Positions 22,206 through 34,016 of a DNA stretch of 64,000 bases are shown here, piece by piece. Origin of the DNA: Felis catus (Eukaryota). How positions within the stretch are numbered: position 1 is the first letter of the stretch; each line of letters opens with the position of its first letter. Where the stretch lies: assembly GCF_018350175.1 (NCBI RefSeq), contig NC_058383.1, positions 4,216,001 to 4,280,000 of the forward strand, written 5' to 3'. The notes beneath the pieces are model-generated. The model had not been told where the DNA came from, ran no database searches, and worked only from the letters and a program-made list of their open reading frames with translations. The position numbers and the translations under genes were made by a program.

Positions 22206-24693
22206 ATGCGGGATGAGGACCAAGCAGGGTGTCTGCGGTAGCCGGGCCCGGAGAGGGGCTCATGTACCTCCCCACCCCGCGCCAGCCCATTTCTCCCTTT
22301 ATGCCAGGGATACCCTGGACTTTTTGCCTCCCAGTCAGCACCCCTATCCGCCACCAGCTTTGGCGTTTATAGCCGAACCATCGGGAAAGCAGGAATTGGT
22401 GGAGCGCTGGTGGCAGCCTGGTAGGGGTGGTGGTCTTTCTACCTGAGCAGTCACGGAGCACCCGGAGGGCAGACCCAGAGAAGGTGAATTTACGATAATA
22501 AGTCTTAATGTCACCAGCATTGTTTGTCTCTTTGCCAGGGAGGCGGGGAACAAGCCTTCTGGCGGGTACCTCGCATCAGCCGAGCAGAGCAGGCCGCGCG
22601 CCAGGTCGGGGACAATCACCTCCAAACGGTCTTTGCTCTTTGCTCGGGACTTCGGTGGGGACAGCCGAGAAAGGGGGAGGCCTTCACCCCCTCGTAGGCA
22701 CCTCCCCCTCACCGTGCCAGTGACACAACTGCAACGGCCCGGGGCAGATGCCGGAGGTGGAAGGTTTGGAAACCTCGGCCCGAAACGATCTTACTGTGGG
22801 AGCTTCGCTCCTTCCTAGAATTTCTAGAAGCACATTCGGAAGGATCGCGAGGACTTCGGCAGGGCCCAGAGGAATGCGAGCGCTCGCCCCGCCGCCCGGG
22901 AGCGGATGAGGCTGCCCAGCCGCATTCCGGCCGTGCCTCCCCGCCTCGGCCCCGGCCCCCGCTGCGGCGCCCCAGGAAGCGTCTCCGAAAACAAAGCTCT
23001 GCGGTTTCAGCCCAAGGTTAAAGTCCACCACGAGCGTGTTTTTTCCCCCCCTCCGGAATCTGAGAGCGATAGCGTTTCTCCAAATAAACCGCCAATAAAT
23101 CAGCTCCCGGGGCCGCCTGCTGAAGAGCTCTGCTGACCTTGGGGAGTGGTTTTCCTGCTCAGACCCCTCCGAGGACAGCGGTGGGGAGAGGGCCGCGGGG
23201 CCAGCCGCGCACCCCCCCCCCTCCAGAGAGAGGCGGAAGAGGGATGGCCAAGGGCATTTGTGGGCGGTTATTGTGGTACTTGTGTGCTCAGAGGGTAGGG
23301 GGAAGGTTTGGATTGGGGGGCGGTGGTTATCTGGGGGGGCTGGAAGCGCCTAGTTGGCAGGGGTTATTGTGGGTGCTGGTTGCTTTGGGGGAGGCTGACC
23401 GCCTGCCCATTAATTGCGTGGGCGCCCACACTGTTTTAGGCACTGTTCTAGGATGAACAAGGCATCTTTGGGGGCCTCCTTTGTCTGGGTGTGCCTGGGT
23501 GTAGTCTGCAGGCAAGTTTGTGCGGGTGTGACTAATGGATTTATGTATGTCAGTGCCAGGGTGACTAATGGAGGGCTTGGCAGCGCGTGTGGAGGGGAGT
23601 CAGAGCCCTGGGGGGGGGGGCTGCCTTCTGCCTGGTCTTTAGGGGTTCACTTAGGTTGCCAGTCTCCAGCTGTGTTGGGGCCTCTGAAGCCCGCCCCCGG
23701 ACACCTCCCCGGCGGGCCTGTGTGCGTCCAGATCTCAGGAGCAAATTTCCACCGCAGCCCTGACCCCAGAGGTACCTCTGTCCCCTCCTGCCACCCTGAC
23801 CCGCTCTGCCCCTGCAGACCCAGGCCCGCCCATCCCCTTCCGTGGCAGAAAACTCCCAGTTTGCTTCTTTTCCAGTTTGGAGATTTCTTTTGATGCAAAC
23901 TGGCCCCTGCGTCATGCCAGCTTTGACAGCCCCTCTGACTTTGGTACCGTAGTGCCCATTTAACAGATGAGAACCCCAAGGAGAAGGGACGACTCCCACG
24001 GCTAAGAAGTGGCAGCCATCTAAGCCAGGCAAGGAGATGGGATACAAATGGGGGGCCCCAGGCCTGACTGACCAGCTACGAGAACAGAGAACCAAGGGAA
24101 CCACGCTAAGCCACCCTGCCGCCCCCTTTACAGCCCTTCCTCATCAATCCCCCAGGGGCGGGCGACAGAGGTCAGAGGTCGGTGGGAGTCCTTTTGACCT
24201 GGGGTAGGGAGCACATTCCACATTCCAGGGTTGGAGGGGGCCGGGTGGGGAGTTCAGGAGAGCCGGCCTTGGGTGCCCCATACCTGCTGTAGATTCTGGC
24301 TCAGGACGCACCTGGAGAATCATTCCCATCTCCCTCAGAGTCTGCTGGTTTCTGACACACCCCCCAATCTCTGAGTGCTCCAATAGGTGTTCTTGCTGCT
24401 GCTTGCACACGCCATCTGTCCTCTGCGTCTGTGCCCGGGTCAGAGACACACTAGTCCAAAGGGTCCCTGCAACCCAGAGATATGGGGTGATCTTCCTAAG
24501 GTCACACAGTCTGGGTAGCAACAAGCAAGCCAAACAGGTTTCTGCCCAGCTCTCAGCCTTCCGTGCTCCTCACTGGTGCTCCATGACCCTTGGTGGCATC
24601 TCCAGGGAGGGGACAGCAGCACCTTCTTCCCAGGTCTCCTGGGAGTGGCTCCCAGGACCTCTATCTCTGTCTCTTTTTTACACGCACTTGCGT

Positions 24694-24694
<1 letters not shown>

Positions 24695-24733
<39 letters not shown>
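24695..24733 (+). repeat. (CA)n microsatellite
   Basis: Perfect dinucleotide run. Confidence 0.97.
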
Positions 24734-24735
<2 letters not shown>

Positions 24736-25219
24736 GGTCTCTCTTCACCTCCCTCCTCCCTTTTTTTTTTTTTTTTATTCTTCTTTGGCATTTTCTTTCA
24801 AGCAGAAAATAAAAACATTTCCCATGGCTACAGCTTTGAAAGCTTCCCTCTCCTCTCTGCCTTTCTCTCGCCCCCACCCCCATGTGGATCCATTTCTAGA
24901 GTCAGCATAAAGTCGAAAACAAACCCTGAAGATCAAACTTGACAGGCGCCCCCTTCCTGCCTCTCTCCACTTTCTCCGCGTGTGTTGGCCTGTCTCCACC
25001 CTGGAGATGAGTGGGAGGCAGCACCCAACACACACGCGTGCACTCCCACACCTTCTGTGGCCACAGGGAGTCTCTTAAGAATCTTCTAGAGCCACCCCTG
25101 CCAGAAAGGCGTGCTCACTCAGTTCCTTCTGCCGGAAGTTCCTGGTGCTCCCTCACACTCCCCTTTCCAACCCTGCTCACCTGGCCCGGCTCCATCCAGC
25201 CCTCCTGTTGGGGGCCATC

Positions 25220-25619
25220 TGCTGTGGGTTGATTACCCCCCAAATTCCTATGTTCGGGTCCTAGCCCCAGTACCTCAAAGCGTGACCTTGTTTGGAAACA
25301 GTGTCCTTGCAGATATAAGTGGTTAAGGTGAGGTCATCCTAGAGTAGGGTGGGCCCCTAATCCAGTATTCCCCGGGCCCTTATATAAGGAGTCACAGACA
25401 GATACAGAGGGAAGGCTAAAAAGACTAGAGACGGCCGGCCATCCGTGAGACAAAGGGAGAGGCCTGAACCAGACGCCCTCACAGTCCCTAAAGGAAGCCA
25501 CTCTGCCCACACCTTGACCTTGGGCTTCTGGCCTCCAGGACTGAGAGACCGTGAATTTCGGTTGTTTCAGCCACCCACGTTGTGGTCCTTTGTCGCGGCG
25601 GCCCCAGCGCACTTATACA
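25220..25619 (+). mobile_element. MLT1-type ERVL-MaLR solo LTR
   Basis: TG...CA termini; gtgaccttgtttggaaacag, gaggtcatcctagagtagggtgggcccctaatcca, cttctggcctccaggactgagaga...ttgtttcagccaccca. Confidence 0.88.
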
Positions 25620-26193
25620 CCATCCCACGTTTAAGTGCCCACAGGAGTCAGGCACGAAAGAAAGGAGCAAAAGTCAGAAAGCATCTAGAGAGGGCAATTT
25701 GTCACAGTCCCGGCCAGTGGTCCCCAAGGGTACCAGATCTTCCGCGGTGCGGGGCAAGCCGGTGTGTCCGTTAGAACGAGGTAGGTTATCCCGCAGTGAC
25801 AAAAATCCCCACCATCTCAAAGGCTGAGCGCAACGCATACAAATCTATTCTCCCTGACGGGTTGTTTGCTCTGAGCCTAGGCGATGCTCCAGGGCAGCTG
25901 ACCTCCATGTGGCCCCCAAGCACTTAGATTCAATTCACCTCGATCTGAGACAATCACAGGGAAGGGAGGGTCACCGCACTGGGGTTTTATTGCCAGAGCC
26001 CAGAAATGTTACACGCTGCTGCCCACCCACGTGACCACACCCAACTCAATGGTGCTGGAAGGTGGCCGCCCCCACCGTCCCCCGTGCCCAGGAAGGAGAG
26101 GAAAACCAAAGACAGGTGAGCACAGGTGATGTCCACCACAGCTGGAACAGGACATCTCCCTATCTGTTAACTTTTTTTTTTAAGATTTTATTT

Positions 26194-26385
26194 GGGGGGC
26201 GCCTGGGTGGCTCCGTTGGTTAGGCGTCCAACTTTGGCTCAGGTCATGATCTCGCAGTCCGTGAGTTCGAGCCCCGCGTCGGGCTCTGTGCTGACAGCTC
26301 AGAGCCTGGAGCCTGCTTTGGAGTCTGCATCTCCCTCTCCCTCTGCCCCCTCACTCCTACTCTGTCTCTCTCAAACTAATAAATA
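26194..26385 (+). mobile_element. CAN-SINE
   Basis: ggggcgcctgggtggctc...gagttcgagccccgcgtcgggctctgtgctgacagctcagagcc. Confidence 0.93.
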
Positions 26386-26389
26386 CACA

Positions 26390-27210
26390 AAACTTGTGGT
26401 AAAATATACATGGCATGAAGTTTGCCACCTTAACGATTTATGAGCGCAGAGCTCGGTGGCATTAAGTCCATTCCCCTTCTCTGCAGCCGCCGCCACCATC
26501 CACCGCCGCAACTTTTTCATCTCAAGCCGAAACTCCATCCCCATGAATGAAGCAGTTCCCACCCCCTCCCCCAGCCCCCCTGGCACCCACCCTCCGGCTT
26601 TGTGTCTCTGTGAACTTGACTCCCCTGAATGCCCCACGTAAGCGGAATCCTGTGCGTCTGGCTTATTTCACTTAGTATAATGTCTTCGAGGTTCGTCCGT
26701 GTTGAAGCAGGTGCCAGAACTGCCTTCCTTTTTAAGGAATAATATCCCCACTGTACGGCTAGGACCACATTTTGTGTATCCGTTCATCTGCGGATGGACA
26801 CGTGGGTTCCACCTTTTGGCTCCTGCGAGCAGTGCCGCTGCAAACAAATTTCCCTTCGAGTCCCCGCTTCTAGTTCTTTGGGGTGTAAACCCAGAAAAGG
26901 AATTACGGATCATGTGGTATGTTTATGTTTGCTATTTGGAGGAACCTCCGTAGCGTTTTCCATAGCGAACGCGCCGTCTTACGTTCCCACCGACAACGCA
27001 CAGGGTTCCGAGTTCTTCGCGTCCTCTCCAACGCTTGTCGTCGTATATGCAGGTTGTGTTTTTGGTTTTTAACTCGCCATCCTAACGGGTGTGCAGTGGT
27101 ATCTCACTGTGGTTTGGATTTGCATTTCCCTAATGATTACGGGTGGTGAGCATCGTTTTGTGCGCTCATTAGCCATTTGTAGATCTTCAGAGGAATGTCC
27201 GTGCAAGTTT
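26390..27210 (-). mobile_element. L1MB-type 3' end
   Basis: ttgtggtaaaatatacat...ctggcttatttcacttagtataatgtcttc...gtggtatctcactgtggtttggatttgcatttccctaatga. Confidence 0.88.
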
Positions 27211-27225
27211 GCCTGTTTTTAATGA

Positions 27226-27416
27226 TTTTTTCTTTTTTAAGTTTATTAATTTCGAGAAAGAGCACGAGCGGGGGAGGAGCGGGGGGGGGGGGAGAGAATC
27301 CCAAGCAGGCTCCATGCTGTCAGCACAGAGCCCGACGCAGGGTTCGAACTCAGGAACCTCGAGATCCTGACCTGAGGGGAAGTCATATGCTCAACCGACT
27401 GAGCCACCCAGGCGCC
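27226..27416 (-). mobile_element. CAN-SINE
   Basis: Reverse head ...ctcaaccgactgagccacccaggcgcc. Confidence 0.9.
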
Positions 27417-27861
27417 ACCCCCGCCCCCACCCCCGTTTCAAATGTTTTTAATCGTTGTTTGCTTTGTTTCTGTCCTTGGCACTATTTTTAACACTGTGCT
27501 GACCAAAATGAAACACTCTGGTAGGCCGCCCGCTGGTCCCTGGTTTGCCAGCCTCAAGGAGATTGTGCTCTGATTGTCCCAGGCGGTCCCTGCACTTCTA
27601 GTGGTTAATGTTTTCCTGGGGCCACACACTCCAGTTTGTTTAACAAGTACTCACCCGGTCAAGTGGGAAACAGGGTGGCCCAGAGTCCTGCCCGCAGGGA
27701 GCTCACAGTCCAGGGAGTGGGACAGTTGGTCAGCAAAGAACCGTTAAGTGTGGCGAGCACAGGACAAGGAGGAACAGGGGGCCCCGGAGCAGCACAGGGG
27801 CCAGACCAGATAGGGTCTCGGTCTAGAGGAGGAAACAGATGTAAGTACTTGGTACCCAACC

Positions 27862-28084
27862 TTTTTTTTTTTTTTTTGATGTTTATTTATTTTTGAGAGA
27901 GGGAGAGAGACAGAGTGTGAGTGGGGAAAGGGGCAGAGAGAGAGGGAGACACAGAATCCGAAGCAGGCTCCAGGCTCTGAGCTGTCAGCACAGAACCCGA
28001 CGCGGGGCTCGAACTCACGGACCGTGAGATCATGACCTGAGCCCAAGCCAGACAGATGCTTAACAACTGAACCCCCAGGTGCCC
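27862..28084 (-). mobile_element. CAN-SINE
   Basis: T tail, cacagaatccgaagcaggctccaggctctgagctgtcagc; degenerate TSD gta(c/t)cc(a/g)acc. Confidence 0.93.
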
Positions 28085-28769
28085 AGTATCCGACCATGTT
28101 AAATAAAATACTAGGGTCCACAGCTTGAAAGGCCAGAAATAGAACAGCGGCAGGCACGGATGGACCAGGCGCCCCCCTTTCTCCCTCCCTACCTCTCCCC
28201 TCACTCTCCCCCAACGCCTCCATTTTCCTTCCCTTGCCATTGGCCTTACTCTCTCCTTGGAGCACCGGCTTTGTCTGTGGGGTGGGATATGGCCAACCTC
28301 AGATCTGCAGCAAGAAAGAGGCAGTTCCCCAAAGGGATGTGGTGAGAGTTGATAGAAACAGGACTAGAGCCGGGCAGAACGCAGACTGTAGTGCGCCCTC
28401 TACCCAACGAGCTCTCCTCCAGGGGCAAGGACGAATCAGACCTGAGGGATGGCCGATGCACAGATTTATCCCGAGGCAGAACGTCACCGAAGGTCACCCC
28501 AGCGTCCCAACGGCCACCGACCTTGTGCTCCTTCTCCTCCCCTTCCCCTCCCCCTCTCCTGGGTTCTGCCGACTCTGCCGCCTACTTGAGGAGTGACATT
28601 TGCAAAGTCACTTCCCTGTCTCAGCCTCAGTTTGCCCGTTGACCCCTCCCCCGCTTTCTCTGTGGCGCCCGACACCCTGCCCGCACCAGCACACCCGGGC
28701 CACCGTTCCAGTCCCGGATGATCAAATACCACACTATGGGACACGGGGCCCGGCCTTCCCGAGTGGCCG

Positions 28770-29130
28770 TTCTGACACGCTATAACCCCTGACAATGGCC
28801 ACACAGAGTCTTCCTGCTCCAGCGCGACCGTGACATTCCTCCCATTCCAGGTGCGTGGTCCTCTAACAAGATGCGCGCAAGTGACGCCACGTGGCTTCCG
28901 AGCGAGGTCAGAAGAGGAGACACCAGGCTCACGTGGAACCCTGAGCCAGCAGGTGAGAAGCTGGACTGCCCGAGGCCACCACGCACTTAGGAAGCTCCAC
29001 CCACATGCTGAGGCCCCCAGTAGTCTCTCCAGGGGACAGAAGGCTCTGCTCAGGGCACGCCCACAGCCAGCATCCACTGCCGACACGTGTGAGCAGAAAG
29101 GAGCCTCCTCAGAGCTATGTGAGCGAGGCC
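28770..29130 (+). mobile_element. Degenerate MLT1 (older subfamily) LTR fragment
   Basis: aagtgacgccacgtggcttccgag...aggccaccacgcacttaggaagctcca pattern. Confidence 0.45.
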
Positions 29131-29649
29131 TGGGAGCTCCGTGACGGCCCAGGTCACGCGCGGGGGTGCTGAGCTGGGACTGGAACTCAGTTCTATTCAC
29201 CCCCCCACCCAGCCGCCCGGCCGCCCTCCTTGGTGGGTGCTTGAATGACCACAGAAGAAAACGGTCTGGACTGTGGAGCCAGCCACCCATTTGCGATGTT
29301 GGCAAAGCCGCTTCCCTCTCTGAGCCTCAGTTTGCCTGTCTGTGAAATGGGGCTAATGTACTCCTTTCCCGGGATCAGAGGGGAGGGCGGGTGCATGCCT
29401 ATGCTGAGTGTGCAGATGGTGACCGATGCCCTCATCTTTCTGAACACCGGCAGGTGTTCTGATAGCCAAGGGGGCCTGGGAGCCCATGCGGCAGGGTGAC
29501 CGCCACCTCACTCCCTCCGGAGGCTGGTGATGGCGGGGTACCGGGCAGGTGCTCAGGAAAGGATGGCTTCACAGCTGGGCTGTGGCCAGCCCAGTCCCCA
29601 AGCCACTGCCCCGACGCTTCTTGAGCAGGACAGGACCGAAGCCAGCTGC

Positions 29650-30103
29650 ACGGCTCTCCTGTCGTTGTCACGACCAATAGCTACTCACTGGGTGGCTTTA
29701 GACACCAGACGCTTATTCTCTTACGGTTCAGGAGTTCAAAATCAAGGTGTCAACAAGGTTGATTCTTTCTTGCGGGCTGTGGTGGACAGTCTGCCCCAAG
29801 CCTCTCTCCCGCGTCTGGGGGAGACCGGCGCCCCTCGGCCCTCCTGGGCGTGAGTCCGGGTCCCCCCAGCCACTGCTGCCACGGTCACACGGCTGCCTTC
29901 CCTCTGGGTCTGTCTTCACGTGGCGTTCTCCTCTTATAAGGACACCAGTCATATTTGATTAAAGGCCTGCCGTGCTCCAGTGGGACCGCATCTAACTGAT
30001 TACACCTGCAATGACCCTATTTCCAAATAAGGCCACATCCTGAGCTGCCAGAGGTCAGCACTTCCAGATGTCTTCACGGGGCACACGATTCAGCCCGCAG
30101 CAC
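29650..30103 (-). mobile_element. MLT1-type MaLR solo LTR
   Basis: ctgggtggctttaga...aaatcaaggtgtc...ctcttataaggacaccagtcat...ccctatttccaaataaggccacat. Confidence 0.88.
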
Positions 30104-30562
30104 CGACCTTGGGCCCTTGGCCCCCTGCCCCATCCCATCACCAGGACACAAGGGGGGCCGCTCCCTCAGAAGGAGCGGGGTCCTCCAGCGCTCCAGGAGG
30201 CAGAGGGGGAGACTGGGGCTCGTGCTGGAGGGGCGGCGCTGGCAAACCACCCCATCCCCTCGGCACACATTCCCTTCCGGGTGCCCTGACCTGAGGGGTT
30301 GCAACCCAGAGCCGCCGTGACTCCAGGGGCCCCCCCGAGCGAGGCACGGGGGGCCCAGGCAACCCTCAGCCAGGAGGAGCAACCCTCCTCCTGAGTGTCC
30401 CACACTCTGCAAGGGCCCTGGCAGAGCAGAGCTGGGCCCCCGTTGCCCACAAGATAGCTGGGCAACTAGACCGGGAGGGTCTCGTCGTGACGCAGACACG
30501 GAGGCCCAGGAGGGAGAGGTGACTTGTCCGAGGTTATGTGGCGAAACAGTGATGAGAAGGGT

Positions 30563-30779
30563 CTTTTTTTTTTTTTTTTAATGTTTATTTATTTTTGAGA
30601 GAGAGAGACAGAGCGTAAGTGGGGAGGGGCAAAGAGAGAGGGAGGCACAGAATCCGAAGCAGGCTCCAGGGTCTGAGCTGTCAGCACAGAGCCCGATGCG
30701 GGGCTCAAAGCCACGAACCCTGAGATCATGACCTGAGCCGAAGTTGGACGCTCAACCGACTGAGCCACCCAGGCGCCCC
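30563..30779 (-). mobile_element. CAN-SINE
   Basis: Full-length reverse copy ending gagccacccaggcgcccc. Confidence 0.94.
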
Positions 30780-30881
30780 GAACCCGGATCCTTCTGACCG
30801 TGCTGTTTCCTCCCAAGGACCCCTTCCCCCCTCTTACAACTGTCTCCTACTCGTCAGTCACCCCTTGGAGCCTAGAGGCCC

Positions 30882-31228
30882 GTGTCAGTCTGCTCGGGCT
30901 GCTGTGACAAAAGCCGGGCACTCAAGCAACCAGGCATGTATCTCTCACAGCTCTGGAGGCTGAAAGTCCAAGATCAAGGCCTCAGCAGACTAAGTGTTTG
31001 GGGAGAATCAGCTTCATGGTTCACAGACGGCTGTTTTCTCACTGTGTGGTCACACGGCCGAAGGGACAAGAGGCCTCTCTGGGGCCTCTTTTTTGAGGAC
31101 ACTAATCCCACTCCTGAGGGCTCTGCCTTCAGGAATAACACCTCCCCAAAGCCTCCCCTCCCGATATCATCACATTGGGGGTTAGGATCCCAACAGATGA
31201 ACTTCGGGGGACACATTCAGTCCACAAC
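30882..31228 (-). mobile_element. MLT1A-type MaLR solo LTR
   Basis: gtcagtctgctcgggctgctgtgacaaaa...ctctggaggctgaaagtccaagatcaagg...ggggacacattcagtccacaaca. Confidence 0.88.
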
Positions 31229-32252
31229 ACAGCCCACACCGGAGGCCCCCTGCCTTGTTATCATTCTCTCCCCCACGTTCAACCCAGCAGAGCTCAGCGA
31301 ACGTCCACCCAATGAACACATGAAGTGACGCAATGTGGGTAGGGTTTTCAAGGATGAATAGAAGTTCGCTAGGCGGAGAAGGCAGAGACAGACATCCCAG
31401 GCCCAAAGAATAGCCTGTGTTGAGGTCTAGAGACTTCTCAGCAGGGCCTGCCTGGCTCCCAGGTGTCGTGCTGGGCCCGGGGGAGGGGGAGAGCCAGGCA
31501 AGGTCCCCCCATCCCGGGTGACTGGCCTCCCACTCATGAGCCAAGACCCATCAGCCTCCACAAGGAGCAAGGCCCCAGCACCTCCGCCCACAGGAGCCCA
31601 GCCTGGATGAGTTTAGGTATCTCTTTTCCCCTTCACGCCTGGGTAGGTTGAGTAGTACTTATTCAAACTTGTATTTTATTGGTGTTTTTGTTGAAAGCAC
31701 AGGAATTATTCATGGCTGGTTTCGGTTCTCTTCTGGCAATGACCGCATCTTTGTACACGAGGTACAAATTATGTGTCAGTTCGATTCACCGTCAATGGGA
31801 GGCCGCCCCCAAGCATCAGGCAACGGAGGCTCCGGTGTCTAGAAGCCACGCCTGGATGCAGGCAGCAGGGGCCTGAATGGCTCATAGTCCCCAAAGTCAC
31901 TAAGGACTGGGGATGGGGATACAAGCGGATGACCATGGAAAAAATCCCACCTCCGTCCCTTTCCCCCGGGAACATATCGGCCTCAGTCTTCCCACTTGAA
32001 AATGGGTATTGATGTGAGTGTTTGGCACACGGAACCATCCATGTCGCTTTCCACATGTGTTGTCACCCTCGCCTGGCCGATGTGACACGCCAGGGCCCTC
32101 TTTGAGGCCTAAGGAAGGGGCAGGGGTGCCGAAGGAAATGAGAAATGGAAACAGAAGCGCCAGCTTCAGCTCCTCTGGCCTCCTGGGGGTGGTGATGTGA
32201 GAACATGTCCCTGAGAACCTTTGACACCCTCCTGTTGAAAGGCGGGGTTTCC

Positions 32253-32476
32253 AGGGCGCCTGGGTGGCTCAGTCTGTTGAGTGTCCGACTTCGGCTCAGG
32301 TCATGACCTCACGGTTCATGAGTTCGAGCCCTGCATCGGTCTCTGTGCTGATGACTCAGCCTGGAGCCTGCTTCGGATTCTGTGTCTTCCTCTCTCTCTC
32401 TCTGCCCCTCCCCGTCTTGTGCTCTGTCTCTCTTTCTCTCTCTCAAAAATAAACATAAAAAAAAAAAAAAAAAAAC
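32253..32476 (+). mobile_element. CAN-SINE
   Basis: Full-length with A tail. Confidence 0.94.
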
Positions 32477-32619
32477 CAAGGATGTTCAGCAGCCCTCTTA
32501 AAGAGAAAAGAAAGGTGGGGTACCCACCCCTCCCCTCCATGACTGCTCGACAGAATGGGACAGAATCACCAAAGGTCTGAGCCAGACCTTTCCGAACTGG
32601 CGTCTTCTGGTTTTGGTCT

Positions 32620-32884
32620 CTCGGGGTCTTGGGGTGATGCTCCTGGAAGCTAGCTGCCATGCCGTGGAGGAGCCCGTGTGGATGGGGACCCCCAGCCGCG
32701 AGCCCACATCTACACGCATGATCGGCCTGCACACGAGCCCCCCGGCGGATGCCACGCGGAGCAGGTGAGGGGTCCTTGCCGAGATCCGCTCAGGTTGCAG
32801 ATTCACAAGCAAAATAAATGACTGTCATTGTCCTGAGCCACCAGTACCGGGGTGGTTTTTTATGTAGCAACAGAAAAGTGAAAC
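32620..32884 (+). mobile_element. MLT1 LTR 3' part
   Basis: gcaaaataaatgactgtcattgtcctgagccacc...ttttatgtagcaacagaaaagtgaaaca end. Confidence 0.65.
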
Positions 32885-33054
32885 ATGGGATGCAGCTGGA
32901 AAGAATTTCTTTTTCTTTTTTTTTTTTTTTAGTGTTTATTTTTGAGAGAGAGACAAGGAAGGAAGGAAGGGAGGAAGGGAGGGGGAAAATCCTACAGTTG
33001 GGAACCAGATGGGTCGTCTTCCTGGGACCACGAGGCGGAGAGCAACTCAGATCC

Positions 33055-33535
33055 CTCCTGGGTTGAGTAGTGTCTCCCCAAAATTCACGCCTGCGGAACC
33101 TCAGAGTAGGACCTTACTTGGAAATAGGGTCTTTGTAGATGCCATTAAGACGATTCGAACTAAAATGTAGTTCCAACGCGGTCACACTGGGTTTCTCTCC
33201 TATTCGATTCTATTCTACTCTACGTTATTCTGTTTTTCCCCCACTGGATTTTTAGAGTGGGCCCTAATCCAGCGACTGCTACTCGTATCAGAACTGGGAG
33301 CTTTGGACACAGCTGCCCACACCGAGGAAGGAGGCTGTGTGACCACAGAGACAGACATCAGGGTGGCAGTGCCTGCCAAGGAACGTGGAGACAAGGCACG
33401 GGAGGGTTTCTCCCCCGGGGCCTCCAGAGGGAGCATGTCATCGAGGACTTCTGGCTTCCGGAATTAAGAGAAAATAGATTTCTGTGCCCCTCACTGTGTG
33501 GTGATGTGTAGGGCACCCCTAGGGAGCTAATGCAG
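33055..33535 (+). mobile_element. MLT1-type MaLR solo LTR
   Basis: gggttgagtagtgtctccccaaaattcac...ggaaatagggtctttgtagatg...ggacttctggcttccggaattaagagaaaatagatttctg. Confidence 0.85.
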
Positions 33536-33794
33536 CACCCCGTTCCGGCTGGACCAGCTTCTGCGACCTGTCAGTGTTCTTCCTGGCTTACACATTCCCC
33601 CGCTGTTCCTCTTCAGCCACTGGACCATCCACCGGGAGGAGCTTAGAGCCTGGCCGGGAAGGTAAGCAGGGACCAAGCCAATCGAAGAACGTGAGGCCAG
33701 TGTAGACGGCCAGTGGACAGTTCTTTCCGGCCACTGACAGCTCCCAAACACGCCTGCACCTTCTCTGCACGTCCCCATCAAGAAGGGCACTCTA

Positions 33795-34015
33795 GGGGCA
33801 CCTGGGTGGCTCAGTCGGTTAAGCGTCCGACTTGGGCTCAGGTCATGATCTCAGGGTTCGTGGGTTCGAGCCCCGCGTCGGGCTCTGTGCTGACAGCTCA
33901 GGACCTGCAGCCGGCTTCAGGTTCTGTGTCTCCCGCGCTCTCTGCCGCCACCCCCACTCACACTCTTTCTCTCTCTGCCCCTCAAAAATAGAGAAACGTT
34001 TAAAAAACATTTTTT
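33795..34015 (+). mobile_element. CAN-SINE whose tail hosts an L1 insertion
   Basis: Full head and body; tail directly abuts L1 sequence. Confidence 0.93.
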
Positions 34016-34016
34016 A

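Larger units (their letters stand above)
15500..23250. promoter_or_regulatory. Cluster of CpG islands around and upstream of the TNRC18 promoter (dense at 16560-17150, 17680-18800, 19100-19460, 19900-21950, 22500-23250)
   Basis: CpG-rich blocks interleaved with short AT-rich, motif-dense segments. Confidence 0.85.
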
